NCBI RefSeq assembly: GCF_018977255.1
Contig: NW_024704743.1
Location: 113,462,001 to 113,526,000, forward strand
Length of the DNA stretch: 64,000 nt
Direction: 5' to 3'
DNA from: Callorhinchus milii
Taxonomy: Eukaryota
The stretch's first letter is position 1, and every line of letters starts with the position of its first letter. The position numbers were made by a program, and so were the translations under genes. Below are positions 1 through 12,084 of the stretch, piece by piece. Below the pieces are notes generated by a model that was not told the DNA's origin, ran no database searches, and saw only the letters and a list, made by a program, of their open reading frames with translations.

Positions 1-104
1 CGAGAGGATTGACCAGATCAAGATTTTGGTTTGGCAGATAGATGTCTGGCTTATGGCAGATAAAGATGATTGACAGGATATCTTAATTCAGTTTCTGTTT
101 TCAG

Positions 105-287
105 ATCGCATATGAATCACTTCCGCTTTCTCTGATGAAGACATTAGCAATGATGTTAGGGGATATCAACTACCAGGAAACTTTTTTCATCCCATTTAAG
201 GAAGGAAGGTTGCAATTCCCTCTTCTGACCTTTATAATTCTACTTATATTTATGTTGATCATACCAATCCTTCTTATGAATTTACTG
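105..287 (+). CDS. TRPA1: TRPA1 internal coding exon (pore helix, selectivity filter, S6)
   Basis: Boundaries are ttttcag|ATC ... CTG|gtaagt (183 nt, phase 0/0). It translates IAYESLPLSLMKTLAMMLGDINYQETFFIPFKEGRLQFPLLTFIILLIFMLIIPILLMNLL, matching the TRPA1 MMLGDINY...PIxLMNLL motifs. Upstream exons lie outside the window. Confidence 0.96.
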
Positions 288-387
288 GTAAGTCAGCTTC
301 AGAGAATTCTCAATACTTTTTCCAAAGCTCTGTGTTCTATTGTTTTTCATTTATATTGTCTATCTCCTGATGGCTCGGAGACGGAAT

Positions 388-800
388 AATAATACTATAA
401 TCCTTGCATTGGATATAAACATCTATAACATCAAAATGTCTCATAGCGCTTTACAAGTGATTGCTGTTGAGAGTAGTGACTGTACATGTAGACAGATTTA
501 GTAGTCAAGATGCACACAGCCATATTCCCCAAACAGCTGCAAATTGAATCTTCAATTTTTCTGGAAGATTAATGTCTGGGCACCCAGGAGAAATTCCCTT
601 TGATTGATGAAATGGGGTCTTTAACGTCCACCTGAAGAGGTAGGCGGGACCTCGGTTTAACGTCTCATAACATAACCATGGCAGCATCCCCCAGGACCGC
701 ACTGGCGTATCAGCCTAGACTAGCCAATGAGTTCAGACTTCAGACATGGGGCTTGAACCCACATCCTTCTGCATCAGAAGCAAGAGTGATATCAAGTGGG
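388..800 (-). mobile_element. Old DeuSINE-like SINE (SacSINE1/AmnSINE1-related) in TRPA1 intron
   Basis: The reverse complement contains the Deu-like core gttaaaccgaggtcccgcctacctcttcaggtggacgttaaagacccc, a decayed tRNA-like head and an ...aatgcaaggattat tail. Confidence 0.7.
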
Positions 801-1211
801 TCAAGTTCATACCAAAATGCACCAGCCACTAGGGACCAAGTGGTCTCCTACTTTGATGCAAACTTTCTCTGATGTTACATGGCGTGCAACTGAATCATAT
901 AGGACCAGGAAGCTCTCAACCAGAGAGAAGAAGCAATACAAAATCCCCAGGGCTGGAGGGAGACAATCTTTACCAGGGTACTTATTTCCAGATCATTGTG
1001 TGGTAGCATTGTGTGTGGCAGGATTGTGTGCTGCTGTTGTGATCAGCTTTCTAATGTTTAATAGTTTAATGTTCAGACTTATATATGAAGATTAAGATTG
1101 ACTTCTCGATTGAGCACCTGTGTAATCACGCCAACTCTTGTATTCAGAACAAAGAAAATTAGGTATAAAGTAGGCTGCAAAACACGACAGAACGTAATAA
1201 TTACTACTAGT

Positions 1212-1523
1212 GGAGTCCTGTAGCTCAGTGGTTGGAGCACTTGCCTTGCAAGCAAGAGATCTGGGTTCAGTTCCAGGCAGGGCAAAACCTTGGGCAAGTT
1301 TCCTTATTTCACACGCCTAATAATAATTCCTCCAAAACAAAACAATAATAAATTGGTCATTTTCAATCCACGGCTGTTTGTGGACACTGCTGTGCACAAT
1401 TGACTGCTGAGTTTCGCCCACAAATATACGGTCAATTCACTTTACAGTTTATTCTGTGAAGCGCTTTGAAACATTGAGAAGACGTGAAAAGCACTGTATC
1501 AAATGCAAGGATTATTATTATTA
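1212..1523 (+). mobile_element. Young tRNA-headed SINE, short variant
   Basis: A box (tagctcagtgg), B-box-like ggttcagttcc, accttgggcaagt segment and a shared 3' tail ending (TTA)n. About 20 related copies or fragments occur in the window. Confidence 0.9.
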
Positions 1524-1817
1524 CTGATGATAATCATCATATCACCAGTAATTCCAGTCAAATCACTCAAAGATTATCATTGAAATCTTCCTTATCAACT
1601 GTTTGGGGTCCCCATAATGCAGAATGCAGCTTTTGAGTTTAATTCGGATTGTTCTATGTTGGGGTCCGTCACGTGCCAATTGCTAACATAATGTGTATAT
1701 AACAGGAAACCCTTTTGCACATGCAAGATAATAGATCGTTAGTGTTAAAGATTGTCTGGGAAGCATCATATTTTAAAATGGTGACTATTCAGGGTTGGCT
1801 GGCTGCACTTCATTTTG

Positions 1818-2073
1818 ATTCCTGGCAGGCGAAACCTTGGGCAAGTTTCCTTACTCCACATGCCTGATAATAATCCCTCAAGAAAAAAATAATAAAATTG
1901 GTCACTTTAATCCACGACTATTTGTGGGACACTGCTGTGCGCAATTAGCTGCCGCGTTTCGCCCACAAATCTAGAGTCAATTCACTTTACAGTATATTCT
2001 GTGAAGCGCTTTGAGATGTCTAGAAGACATAAAAAGCGCTATATCAAATGCAAGGATTACTATTATTATTATT
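1818..2073 (+). mobile_element. Young SINE, short variant, 5'-truncated
   Basis: High similarity to 1270-1523. Confidence 0.88.
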
Positions 2074-2252
2074 TCCTGTGAATATTCAGGCTTGGTGCAC
2101 TGGATTTCCTGTGAATATGATGTAAGTCTGCATATGAACACCCGGGTTTATCTGTATCGGGGATAACAACACCAATACTGACAACAAGAGTACTGTTCCT
2201 TTGATATTGCTGATATGATTCATTCTTGTTCCATACTTTATTTTGCATTTAG

Positions 2253-2321
2253 ATTGGTTTGGCTGTCGGAGACATTGCTTCAGTACAGAGAAATGCGAAA
2301 TTAAAAAGAATGACAATGCAG
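2253..2321 (+). CDS. TRPA1: TRPA1 coding exon (lower gate and TRP-like helix)
   Basis: Boundaries are catttag|ATT ... CAG|gcaagt (69 nt). It translates IGLAVGDIASVQRNAKLKRMTMQ versus human IGLAVGDIAEVQKHASLKRIAMQ. The donor is GC. Confidence 0.95.
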
Positions 2322-2420
2322 GCAAGTACTTAAGGTACAATGAAGGCGTCCAATCAAACTGAAAAGAAATGCAACTTCATCATAAAAACATTGTTAACAA
2401 ATCCATTCTGTTCTGCATAG

Positions 2421-2531
2421 ATTTTTCTGCATACCAGCCTGGAGAAGAAACTTCCAAAATGGTTTCTGAAAATTGTTGACCAACAATCAATTAAGATATA
2501 TCCAAACAAGCCGTCCTGCTTTTTGGTCGGG
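2421..2531 (+). CDS. TRPA1: TRPA1 coding exon (proximal C-terminus)
   Basis: Boundaries are ctgcatag|ATT ... GGG|gtaatt (111 nt). It translates IFLHTSLEKKLPKWFLKIVDQQSIKIYPNKPSCFLVG versus human VELHTSLEKKLPLWFLRKVDQKSTIVYPNKP. Confidence 0.95.
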
Positions 2532-2879
2532 GTAATTATGAAAAGCTAAACATGTGTACCAATGCCAATGACATGAAGTTAATTTTCATCATTCTTTTAA
2601 TAAAATGGCATTTATTGACATTTCCTACCCCAAAAAACCTTCAAAAGAATGAAGTAAACTTCATTCTACTATCTAAATGCTTATCAAAAGTAGTAATACA
2701 GTTTTAATTATGAATTACACAGTTGAAGGATGTCCAATTGTTCATGACAGAATTAACTTTGTGCGCCCCACCCCCCCACACACACACACTCTCTATTCCT
2801 AAGCCCAGCTTTCATATCTATCAAATTTGAACGTGTACAATGATTGTGTGTCTACGCTCCTGAATTTTAGGTGTCACCT

Positions 2880-3208
2880 GGCTCAGTTGATAGCGCTCCG
2901 GCCTGCTCCATGACTCCCGCCTGACCCACCCTACCATCGGTGGCCGGGCTTTCAGTCTCTCTGCCCCCACACTCTGGAACTCCATCCCACAGCCCCTTTG
3001 CCTCACTTCCTCCCTTGCTTCCTTCAAGGCCGGTCTCAAGACCCTTCTCTTCAATCACGCCTGGGTCGCCCTTCCACCCCTCTGCCTTCCCTCCCCCCTC
3101 CCCCACCCCTCCCCCATGCTCGGGCGCTGACACCTGACTGTTCAGTGCTTTGGGATGTCCTCCTGACATGAAAGGCGCTCTGTAAATGTAATTTTGTTGT
3201 TGTTGTTG
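2880..3208 (+). mobile_element. L2-clade LINE 3' fragment
   Basis: Matches the 3' ends of the L2 copies at 18870-19170 and 45980-46290, and ends in (TTG)n. Confidence 0.85.
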
Positions 3209-5430
3209 CGTGTTAAAGATCCATGGCACTATTTGAAAAGTGAAGTAAGTTTTTCCTGGTGTCTGATGAACAGTAGTTATTTACTTCAAGGTTGTTTGTG
3301 AGACATTGATGTGTATAAATTGGCTGTCATGTTTCCCTACAAAAGTACACAGTCACTACATTTGACAGTAATTTTGAGCTATTCTAATTTACAGCCAATC
3401 CCTCTCTAATATCCCTCTCATAGAAGACTGTGCATTTAAGTTTCTTGTTGGAATCTTTAGCCGATAGTGCAGGGCTGGGAGAGCACTGCATAATAAGAAG
3501 TCTCATGGAAAGGCACTATAACAAATGCAAGGATTATTATTATTTGAATTAGGATTCAGTTACATACATGCATTTCCTGAATCAGATTAAATGTTATTGT
3601 GCTATGTTCACTTCCACTGAGTATTTCAATAATTTTTACTTCCTGAGTAGTATCTAGTTCTCTCACATAAACCAAGTGGAGGAGGGAGTCACCTGCCTAA
3701 TACATTGGGTCAGGAAGCAGTCATGTGGACAGAGTCCTTTCCATTTTGGAAATGGCAGTTTATACTGAGTTGGTTAATGTCTCCCATCAGTACTATCTGT
3801 TTCTCACTCATCCCTCTCATACTGGCCTGAAGAGGCAATACAGTGGCAATACAGTCATATGAACTGCTGATCTGGGCTTTTTCTTGTTAAACAAGAATAA
3901 TAACAGCATATATATATATATATTAGTGCCCTGCAGGTGGGGTAGAGTCTTGGAGCGCTGTAAGCACACCCCTACTAAAGAATTTTATGAGTGAGAAGGG
4001 GATTTGTAGTTGGCTTTCCGCATGCATTTTGGAACCACACCCCAATTTCTTTGTAAGTGAACCCGTGTTATAATGAAGCAAGAACGGGGTTATACTGTAA
4101 TTACCAAAGCATCCCCCTCTCCCCACTCAATTTATTTTTAATGGATGACAATTTTGCATTTGCGTTTGTTCCAAAAGATTAGCTCTCAATTTAGAAAAGT
4201 ACAGACCATTATTCCTATAAATATTCCCTCCACAAGAAAGATTCCCCAGTTAGCTAGAAATTACAGTCCCTCCTGCAGACATGATCCCAGTAATTGAAAC
4301 TTAATTATCCTGTTTATTCTATCCATACTCGCAAAAAATACTACCCTTTAATATCTAATAATAATAAATCTCTAATAATCCTTGCATTTGATATATCGCC
4401 TTGTCACGTCTTCAAAATGTCTCATCATTATTTCCACTAACATATCCACGGATTGCAATTTGCCATTTGTTATTTTTAATTTTTCTTCATCTTGGATCTC
4501 AGTCTCTCTACACTGACTCCTCTTGAATCCCCGTATGAATGCAATCTTTTGTCACTATAGTGTAGACCTTCACAGATGTTGTAAGCAGCTCTTGTTCCTC
4601 CAGTGTGTCTTCAATTGTTTTTAGTTTTTATCTTATCCTAATTAACAATCTGAACTTCTCTAAATTCATGTTTCCTCTTTCGCCTTTTCTTCTAATAGTT
4701 TATTATTAGTTTTCCTTTAATTCTGAATGTAGATTCTGCTGTGACTCCTGCATACCTCTTAACGCTCAGTATATCAGACATGATGGCCTTCTTCCATGCT
4801 ATAAGTTTCTAAATATAAAATTCTATAATCTAGGTCTCACCACACATCTGAGGTGGATCCGAACAAATTTGAACCTGAGTATTTAAAAGGATTATTGTTT
4901 CAAACGCACTTTGGATTTGACGGGTTTAACATGAAACCCAACTATTTGTGAATGACTAATCCAGGTATATTTGTTCCTGTCACACACCAATACAATGGTA
5001 AACATGGGTTATTGTTTGTTTGTTCATTCTAATAAATTGAATGCAACAGAATTCCCCTCACTTTAAGAAATCAAAACCATAATAACAATAGTCCTTGCAT
5101 TTCATATAGAGCCTTTTACATCAGGAAGATGTCTCAAAATGCTTCACAGGATTTTACTGTGAAGTGTAGTGACTGTAATTTGTAGGTGACCATGACAGCC
5201 AATTTGGACACAGCAATGTCCCACAAACAGTCATAAAGTGAATGGTCAGTTTTATGTGGGAGAGATTGCACTGTACTCATTAAATTGAAGACTATGTTAT
5301 TGGAATCTGATTGGAAGGTTACTCATGGGATAGAAATTTAGAGGCGCAGTAACTAATCAGTGCAATCAATAGGTTTTAAATGTCCGTCCTGTGTGATAGA
5401 AAGTATTGTTAGAGTTTGCTTCTTTTGCAG

Positions 5431-5540
5431 AATATGTTCGAGTACATGTTACCAAAACAGAGCTTTGATAAAGACTCGTGCGATGATGAGACCATTGCTC
5501 CAGCAAAGCTTGAACTACAGCTGGAGAAACAGAAAAATCT
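5431..5540 (+). CDS. TRPA1: TRPA1 penultimate coding exon (start of coiled coil)
   Basis: Boundaries are tcttttgcag|AAT ... CT|gtacgt (110 nt, ends phase 2). It translates NMFEYMLPKQSFDKDSCDDETIAPAKLELQLEKQKN; compare human SLEMEILKQKY. Confidence 0.88.
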
Positions 5541-5634
5541 GTACGTATCATAGATACAAAAAGAGATGACAAATGGAAATATTCCTTTGCTATGTTGTAT
5601 GTTGATATTTGCTTTTACTACATTTTACCTGCAG

Positions 5635-5785
5635 GCTGAAGGACATGTCAGAAGTAATGCAGAAACAACATGAACTCCTGCAGCTGATCATTCAAAAACT
5701 GGAAATTAATTCAGAAACAGAAGACCAGGAGGCAATTGAACACCTTCACTACAGCAAAGCAAAAGCTAGCATTTCACAAAAATGA
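5635..5785 (+). CDS. TRPA1: TRPA1 last coding exon (coiled coil, acidic cluster, stop)
   Basis: Acceptor is cctgcag|G CTG AAG GAC. It translates LKDMSEVMQKQHELLQLIIQKLEINSETEDQEAIEHLHYSKAKASISQK* (TGA at 5783-5785); compare human LKDLTFLLEKQHELIKLIIQKMEIISETEDDD. Confidence 0.93.
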
Positions 5786-5947
5786 GAAGGAAATAAGATT
5801 GTGTGATAGAAGCGGTTCAGTGTAACCAAAGGGTCATTCTATTGAGATACTGCAGTAAGTGGACGTGGTGATTGAAACGCATCACAACAACAACAAATTA
5901 CATTTGTATAGTGCCTTTCATGTCAGAAGGACGTCCCAAGGTGCTTG

Positions 5948-5953
5948 AATAAA
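5948..5953 (+). terminator. Candidate polyadenylation signal for TRPA1
   Basis: First AATAAA after the stop codon. Other AATAAA hexamers near 6585 and 6665-6680 are alternatives. Confidence 0.3.
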
Positions 5954-6694
5954 GAAGCTATTTAATACACAAAATAGCATTGATTGGCTTCTTTATTTGA
6001 ATGAAAAGAACAGGGTTTGAAACTTGCTTAAGAAAAAGAGTGCATATGATCATTACTAATCGGAACAGCTTAGTAGTTTTACATTCTTAGAACAATAACA
6101 TCTAAAATCATACTTTCTCTATTCTATGAATTCTCTCTGATGTATTGATACCCGTTTCAAGGAAGGGTGGTCTAAGGATTCCATACAATGAGGCCTCTAA
6201 TGTGTTATCTTTACATAAACCGAGATAATACAGAAAATGTGCAATCGCTAAAGTCTGAATGAAGGATCAGTAACATTTAGATTGCATGTGGATTTGTAGT
6301 AGTATGAAATATAGACTCACTTCCTTTTAGGAAAATTGATCAACTAATAGAAATGTATTAGGAAAAGGTACTCAGTACTTTTTATGAACATGCTTGTCAG
6401 AGCTTTAATGAGGAAGGATTCTTCTGGGACAGACTTGATGGGCCCCTTGACCTTCTTTTCACTCTTTGCTGTCTCTGTGCCCATATATCTCTCATTGTGC
6501 AAATCCAAGTTGTTGTTGTTGTTGTAATGAGTATTTTTCTTGGGTTCAGAAAAAAGGTGTTGCCCAGCAATTAGTTCTGTTTCTGAATAAACCAGTGGTA
6601 GAACAGGAAGTGTTGTTTTGGAAATATAAAATGAAATTTTGCATCTGTATTACAATAATAATAATAATAAATAAATAAAGCAAATCAAACATCA

Positions 6695-7068
6695 ATTAAA
6701 TAGTGCCCTTGGGATCTTTAACAATAAAATATAAAATTACATTTCATGTCGGGAGGACGTTCCAAGGTGCTGGACAGTCAGGGATTTGGACCCAACCTGG
6801 GGATCAGGATCCGGGTGAGTAGAGGGCAGGGAGGGTAGGAGGGTGGCCGAAGGCTCAGTCGAAGAGGAGGGTTTTGAGATGCGCCTTGAACAAGACCTCT
6901 GTTTAACATTTCATGTGAAGAACAGTACCTTTGACAATGCAGTGCTCCCAAAGCAGTGCATTGGTATGTCAGCCAGGACCTTGAGCTCACAGTCCCAACG
7001 TGGAGCTTGAACCCACTATCTTCTGACTCAGAGGTGAGAGTGCTAACAACTGGGCCAGGCTGACACAC
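6695..7068 (-). mobile_element. DeuSINE-like fragment interrupted by an L2 3' tail (about 6730-6890)
   Basis: Similar to 600-800 and to the L2 tails, on the minus strand. Confidence 0.6.
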
Positions 7069-7899
7069 ATTCTTTTTTGGTTATCTGAGTGTTTGACACA
7101 TGTATAAATCCATCACCATGCTAAAGAGTGTCCAAACCAAACAGTGCCATGTATCTCACCAATACATAGACATTCCAGCGATGTTTATTGGAATGGAATG
7201 CGCACTCTCCCTGGAGGGATGCATCCTGCTTACCTAATTCCGGAAAGTATTCACCACAGGTTGGCAAGAGGCAAAGATTGTTTTGGTATTGCTTGTCTTT
7301 GAGGGAACTGCCTGAGAAGCTAATCCTGCTATAAGTCCAGCTGGGATCATCCTACTCATTAGGGCTTTATACATTTTTCATGCCAGACTTGTCAATGAAG
7401 AGTTACAATTTTATACCTTGATCATTTTTATAAGTTAATTTGAGCAAAATTATTTATTTATTACTTAAAATTAATAATCCTTCCATTAGATATAGTGTAT
7501 TTACCATCAGAAGAATGTTTCACAAGATTTACTGAAAAGTGTAGTCACTGTGTATTTTGAGGGAAACACAGTGTGTGTTCAACGATGTACAGTATCTCTG
7601 AGGTTTTCATATTCTTTTAATGGTTAGAGACATTCAGTACAATTAAATACTTCATTGCAAAAAGGTTGTACAACTTGCAGTGACAGCACAAAGATGAAAA
7701 TAAACAAATTATTGATTTATTGAGTTTGAGCCTTCTTAAAATGACTCACATAATGTTTGATTACAGTCTTAATTTATAATTTTTGTATTTGATATTATAC
7801 TATTGATATTGTCCAGCGTCTTGGGACATCCTCCCAAAGTGAAAGGCACTATAAAAATGCAATTTTGTTGTTGTCGATGCTATTACATTGAAATGTCTC

Positions 7900-8210
7900 T
7901 AAGGCATGCACAGGTAATTGCTGTCCAATTTGGTGACTATATATTATGTTCAGCGACCAATTTATATGCAGTAATGTCCCACAAAGCTATAAAATGAATG
8001 AGAATCTGGAGAATTGTTGGCCAGGGAACTGGGAGGAACTCTATTCTCAAATAGCACCATGGGATCTTTAAGATCTTAGCAGGCAGTCACAATCTCAATT
8101 TAACAACTTAAGAACAGCATTCCTCAATTATTGCACTGGAGTGTCAGCCAAGGCTATGAGCTCACTATCCTGACTCAGTGGTGAATGCGCTACCAACTGA
8201 GCCAAACTAG
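7900..8210 (-). mobile_element. Decayed DeuSINE-like copy
   Basis: Contains aatagcaccatgggatcttt, gtgtcagcc and ctaccaactgagcc (reverse-strand A box). Confidence 0.6.
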
Positions 8211-9457
8211 CACCAGTCTTCTTTTGTCAACTCTTCATTTGAAATTATTCAATAGTCTTTCCCCTCAAGTCCAGTAAAAGGTTGATGTATTCATTCTTTT
8301 TATGGTGTTAATGTTCAAATTGTGTTGTATTGTATTGTGTTGTATTTAAGATTATCCTGCACTTTGTATGTGAATTGTAATTTGGTCTCTCACCACTGGA
8401 TGGTGGCAATCCAGGTTGAATTAATAAATGTGAATAGACATTTATTGTTATATCAGGAAATTGAGAGTTGGGTTCACTGATAGACTGTTTAATAAACATA
8501 AATATGCAAATCTTGGCTGTACAATATTAACATCAAATCCAAGAATCTGCCATAGATTTAGAGCTCTGTATTATACACAATAAATACTCATACTATGTTA
8601 CCATAACTTTTGAAACAAATAATTGCTGCAATATTGTTAAGATCTTGCAAACATATTTACTGTGTTGTTATTATTATAGTATTATTTCACAGCGATCAAC
8701 TGTAGATTGCCACAGTGCAAGTTTACAATGATTACTGCACATTGCAGCTGACATGGTTTGCAAACTTGTACCTCTTTAGTTAGACTGAGAATTCGGATTG
8801 GGGTTGGCTATTTTCAAAAGATGTTGAAAAACCAGGGAGTGGGCGAGATGGCTCTTGGATATGGATCTTACCCTTCAGCTAGGTTTCTCAGAATGAAGCA
8901 AATATCACTAAAACGCGAGCCTCTTTTTTGCTATATTGCTATGTAACATTATTATATCACGAATGTGCACCATGTATTAAAAATTAACAACAAAGAGCAC
9001 CTTTTCTTGAATGCCTACATACACCCTTTTTTTTTTCCGATTGCCAAGTTTCCTCCTTCCCAACTCTATTCCAATTGAGAAGAATTTTTAATTTCAGAAT
9101 TGTTCATAAAGCCTGCAAAGTATTCAGATCAATCCAAGCATTATTATTATTATTATTATTCGACCATCATATTATCATCATTCCTCTAGTAAATGCAGTC
9201 TAAGGAGCAGTACTTATAACTGTCTGCTTTGCTCAGCTAGCATAAGCCTTTGCCTTCAGCTCCTAAACCCCTAATCTATGAAACTCCCTACCTCAATCCT
9301 TCTGTTTTACCCCCTCATTATCTTTAAATCCCGTCTGAAGATCCACCTCTTCAACTGCCTTTATGGCCATCTCCCCCTCCCCTTTCTACCTTGTTCAGCA
9401 TCCAACCTTGCCACTATAAGGTGCTCTGAGACGCTATCCAGTCTGAAGAAGGGATGT

Positions 9458-9768
9458 GGAGTCCTGTAGCTCAGTGGTGAGAGCACTCGCCTTGCAAGCG
9501 AGACACCTGGTTCAATTCCAGACAGGGCGAAACCTTGAGCAAGTTTCCTTACTCCACACGCCTAATAATAATCCTTCCAAAACAAAAAACAATAATAAAT
9601 TGGTCATTTTCAATCCACGACTGTTTGTGGGACATTGCTGTGCGCAATTGGCTGCCGCGTTCGCCCACAAATATACAGTCAATTCATTTTACAGTATATT
9701 CTGTGAAGTGCTTTGAGACGTCGAGAAGACGTGAAAAGCACGACATCAAATATAAGGATTATTATTAT
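9458..9768 (+). mobile_element. Young tRNA-headed SINE, short variant, full length, inserted into an old L2 tail
   Basis: Complete from head to (TTA)n tail. The flank at 9215-9457 is a decayed L2 3' end whose final bases resume after the SINE. Confidence 0.9.
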
Positions 9769-11811
9769 GTTATAATGCAACGATCTTCAACAGCTCAGAA
9801 ATTTCTAAAGCGGAAAACATTGTAAAATGCTATTTCTTTATCACAACAGGAACATTTTTCCTTCAATCTGCCATGCTTTCAAGTTGTAACTCTTTAACCT
9901 GTCCTTGAGAATTAACTAATACAATAAAACATAATTCTTAAAGCTAAATTTGGAAGATTTTTGGGTTGGATTGGTTTATGAAATAGCAGAGGATTAAATG
10001 TAATCCTCATGTTAGTTGCAGGATCTGTATTTCTTTCAGAGTGATAACTGGTTTTGAGCTGTTTTTTCAGTGTGCTTTATAAGGCAATTTCACTCTAGTT
10101 TCTAACTGTGCAGAATATTTATTCAGTATTAGGTTCCCACATAACGTGAAAGCCAAAAAGTCACAGACAGTGACTGTCGATACTGATGAGATGCAGACCC
10201 ACCTCCAATGTCAGTGCGGGCTCTGAAATCCTTTACTGGCAGAACAGTCCAAGAAAGTTTCTAAGTTTGTCAACTACATTCACCTCCATTCTGACCTCAC
10301 ACTGAGTGGATTCTCACCAAAGGGAATGCACTAGTATAAACGTCACATTAAACCTTGCAGAATTGCAGAACCATAAGAGGAAATTGGAATTAAAGACAAT
10401 TTATGGGGCATTTGCTCAGTTTATGCAAGGCAATGAGGGTGGTAAGGAATGCTAACATATTCTGTGGTTTGCAAATTATAAAGAATTGTATATTAACTGA
10501 CAGTGAGTGTATTTTTAAATACAAAACACTGAGAGATCAGAGTGGAGTATCGAAAAATATTTTAATCCTTTTTTATTTTTTAGAATGAGTAGTTTATTAA
10601 TTACAATTATAATAAAGGGATATGAAAAGGATTTGTAAAATATATTTTGATCAATGTTATCATCCATTGCAGGTCAGCACACTGTGTAAAAAACACAAGA
10701 TGTAAGGAGATAAAGTCTGAACAAAAATATGACAATTTAATCGACTGTGAATTAATTGTTTTTATAAGTTCTGAATACAGTATCATAAAACCGTAATAAA
10801 CGTTTAGAAAAAAAATCACCAGAGGTATTTACCAAAAACTGCTCTGAACTGTTGCTAGTAAGGATGAAAATGTGATTTGTGTTGTGATAATTATCACCAG
10901 TGATATCACCAGAAAACCCACCCCAGTCGATGTCTTTGCAACCAGAATGTTCCTCTCCCCAAACTCATCAAAGTGGTTGGTTGATCTGAATCTGCTCACC
11001 CTTGGACGTGTGCTCCCCCTCCAATCTGCACTCCCCTCTTCTCCCTCCCCCCTTTTGTCCTCCCTCCCACAGCAATGATGATCCTTGCTAAGGTTTCCCC
11101 AGAAACTGTCCGCCTTCTGGTACATCAAGCAGGTACATTCTGGTATCTTCTTCATACGTGAACCTCGACAATGAGTGCCAGGTGTAAAGATACCTCAACT
11201 TGAGCCTGCTCCTACCTGACCTCAACACTAAGAGAGTGTTAAAGTGAGGTTCTGAATTGGGTTGTGCTGTTCAACTAGATGCGGTTGAATTTAAGAATGG
11301 GAAGAGAGTTTTGTCAATAATTCCCCAGATAAATTTGGTTATTTGCTTATTGACTGTTTGTGCGACATTTTGTGCGCAAGCTGGCTGCAGTGTTTGCCTA
11401 TATACAACAACAACAACAAGATTACATTTGTATAGCGCCTTTCACGCCAGGAGGACGTTCCAATATAACCTGTCACTACACTTAACAGAACAGTGGTTGG
11501 CATATTAAGAATTATTATTGTTAAAATTATACTAGAAAAAAAGGTGTTGCAAAATCTCCTAATTGCCAGCAGATGTCACTGTTCAGTAGCTATCTTACAA
11601 CATTGTTCGTGTACTGGTAATACTAATAACAATAACAATCTTAAGAATCCTTGCATTTGAAGTAGCACCTTTCACATCAGAAGGATGTTTCAAAGTGTTT
11701 CACAAGATTTACTGTAAAGTGTAGTGGCTGTATATTTTGTAGGCGAACGATCGCTATTATATTTTGCAACACTTTGGAACGGAGATGACTTGAAACGGTT
11801 AGGGATAAATA

Positions 11812-12080
11812 ATTATAATAATAATTGTAATAAACCTTGCATTTGATATAGTGCTTTTCACGTCTTCTAGATGTCTCAAAGTGCTTCACAGAATATGCTG
11901 TAAAGTCAATTGATGGTATATTTGTGGGCAAACAGGGCAGCCAATTGCACACAGCAGTATCTCACAAACAGTTGTGGATTGAGTGACCAAATTCTTATTG
12001 TTTTTTTTGAAGGATTATTATCCCCGGAAAAGTGATCCGCCAATCGACTAACAACCGGGTTCCTACTTACTTCTAGATAA
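11812..12080 (-). mobile_element. Young SINE, long variant, 5'-truncated
   Basis: The reverse complement matches 31490-31758. Confidence 0.85.
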
Positions 12081-12084
12081 GAAT

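Noticed and set aside
135..389. 84-aa ORF as a stand-alone gene
   Set aside because: It is a TRPA1 internal exon (105-287) read through into the intron.
1212..1285. tRNA gene calls for SINE heads (also at 9458, 31379, 45447, 58917)
   Set aside because: Each is fused to a SINE body and carries disabling changes, so these are not stand-alone tRNA genes.
10183..10228. Second CTGATGA...GAAA hammerhead-like spacing
   Set aside because: No stem II closes directly against the core, and there is no credible stem I or III.
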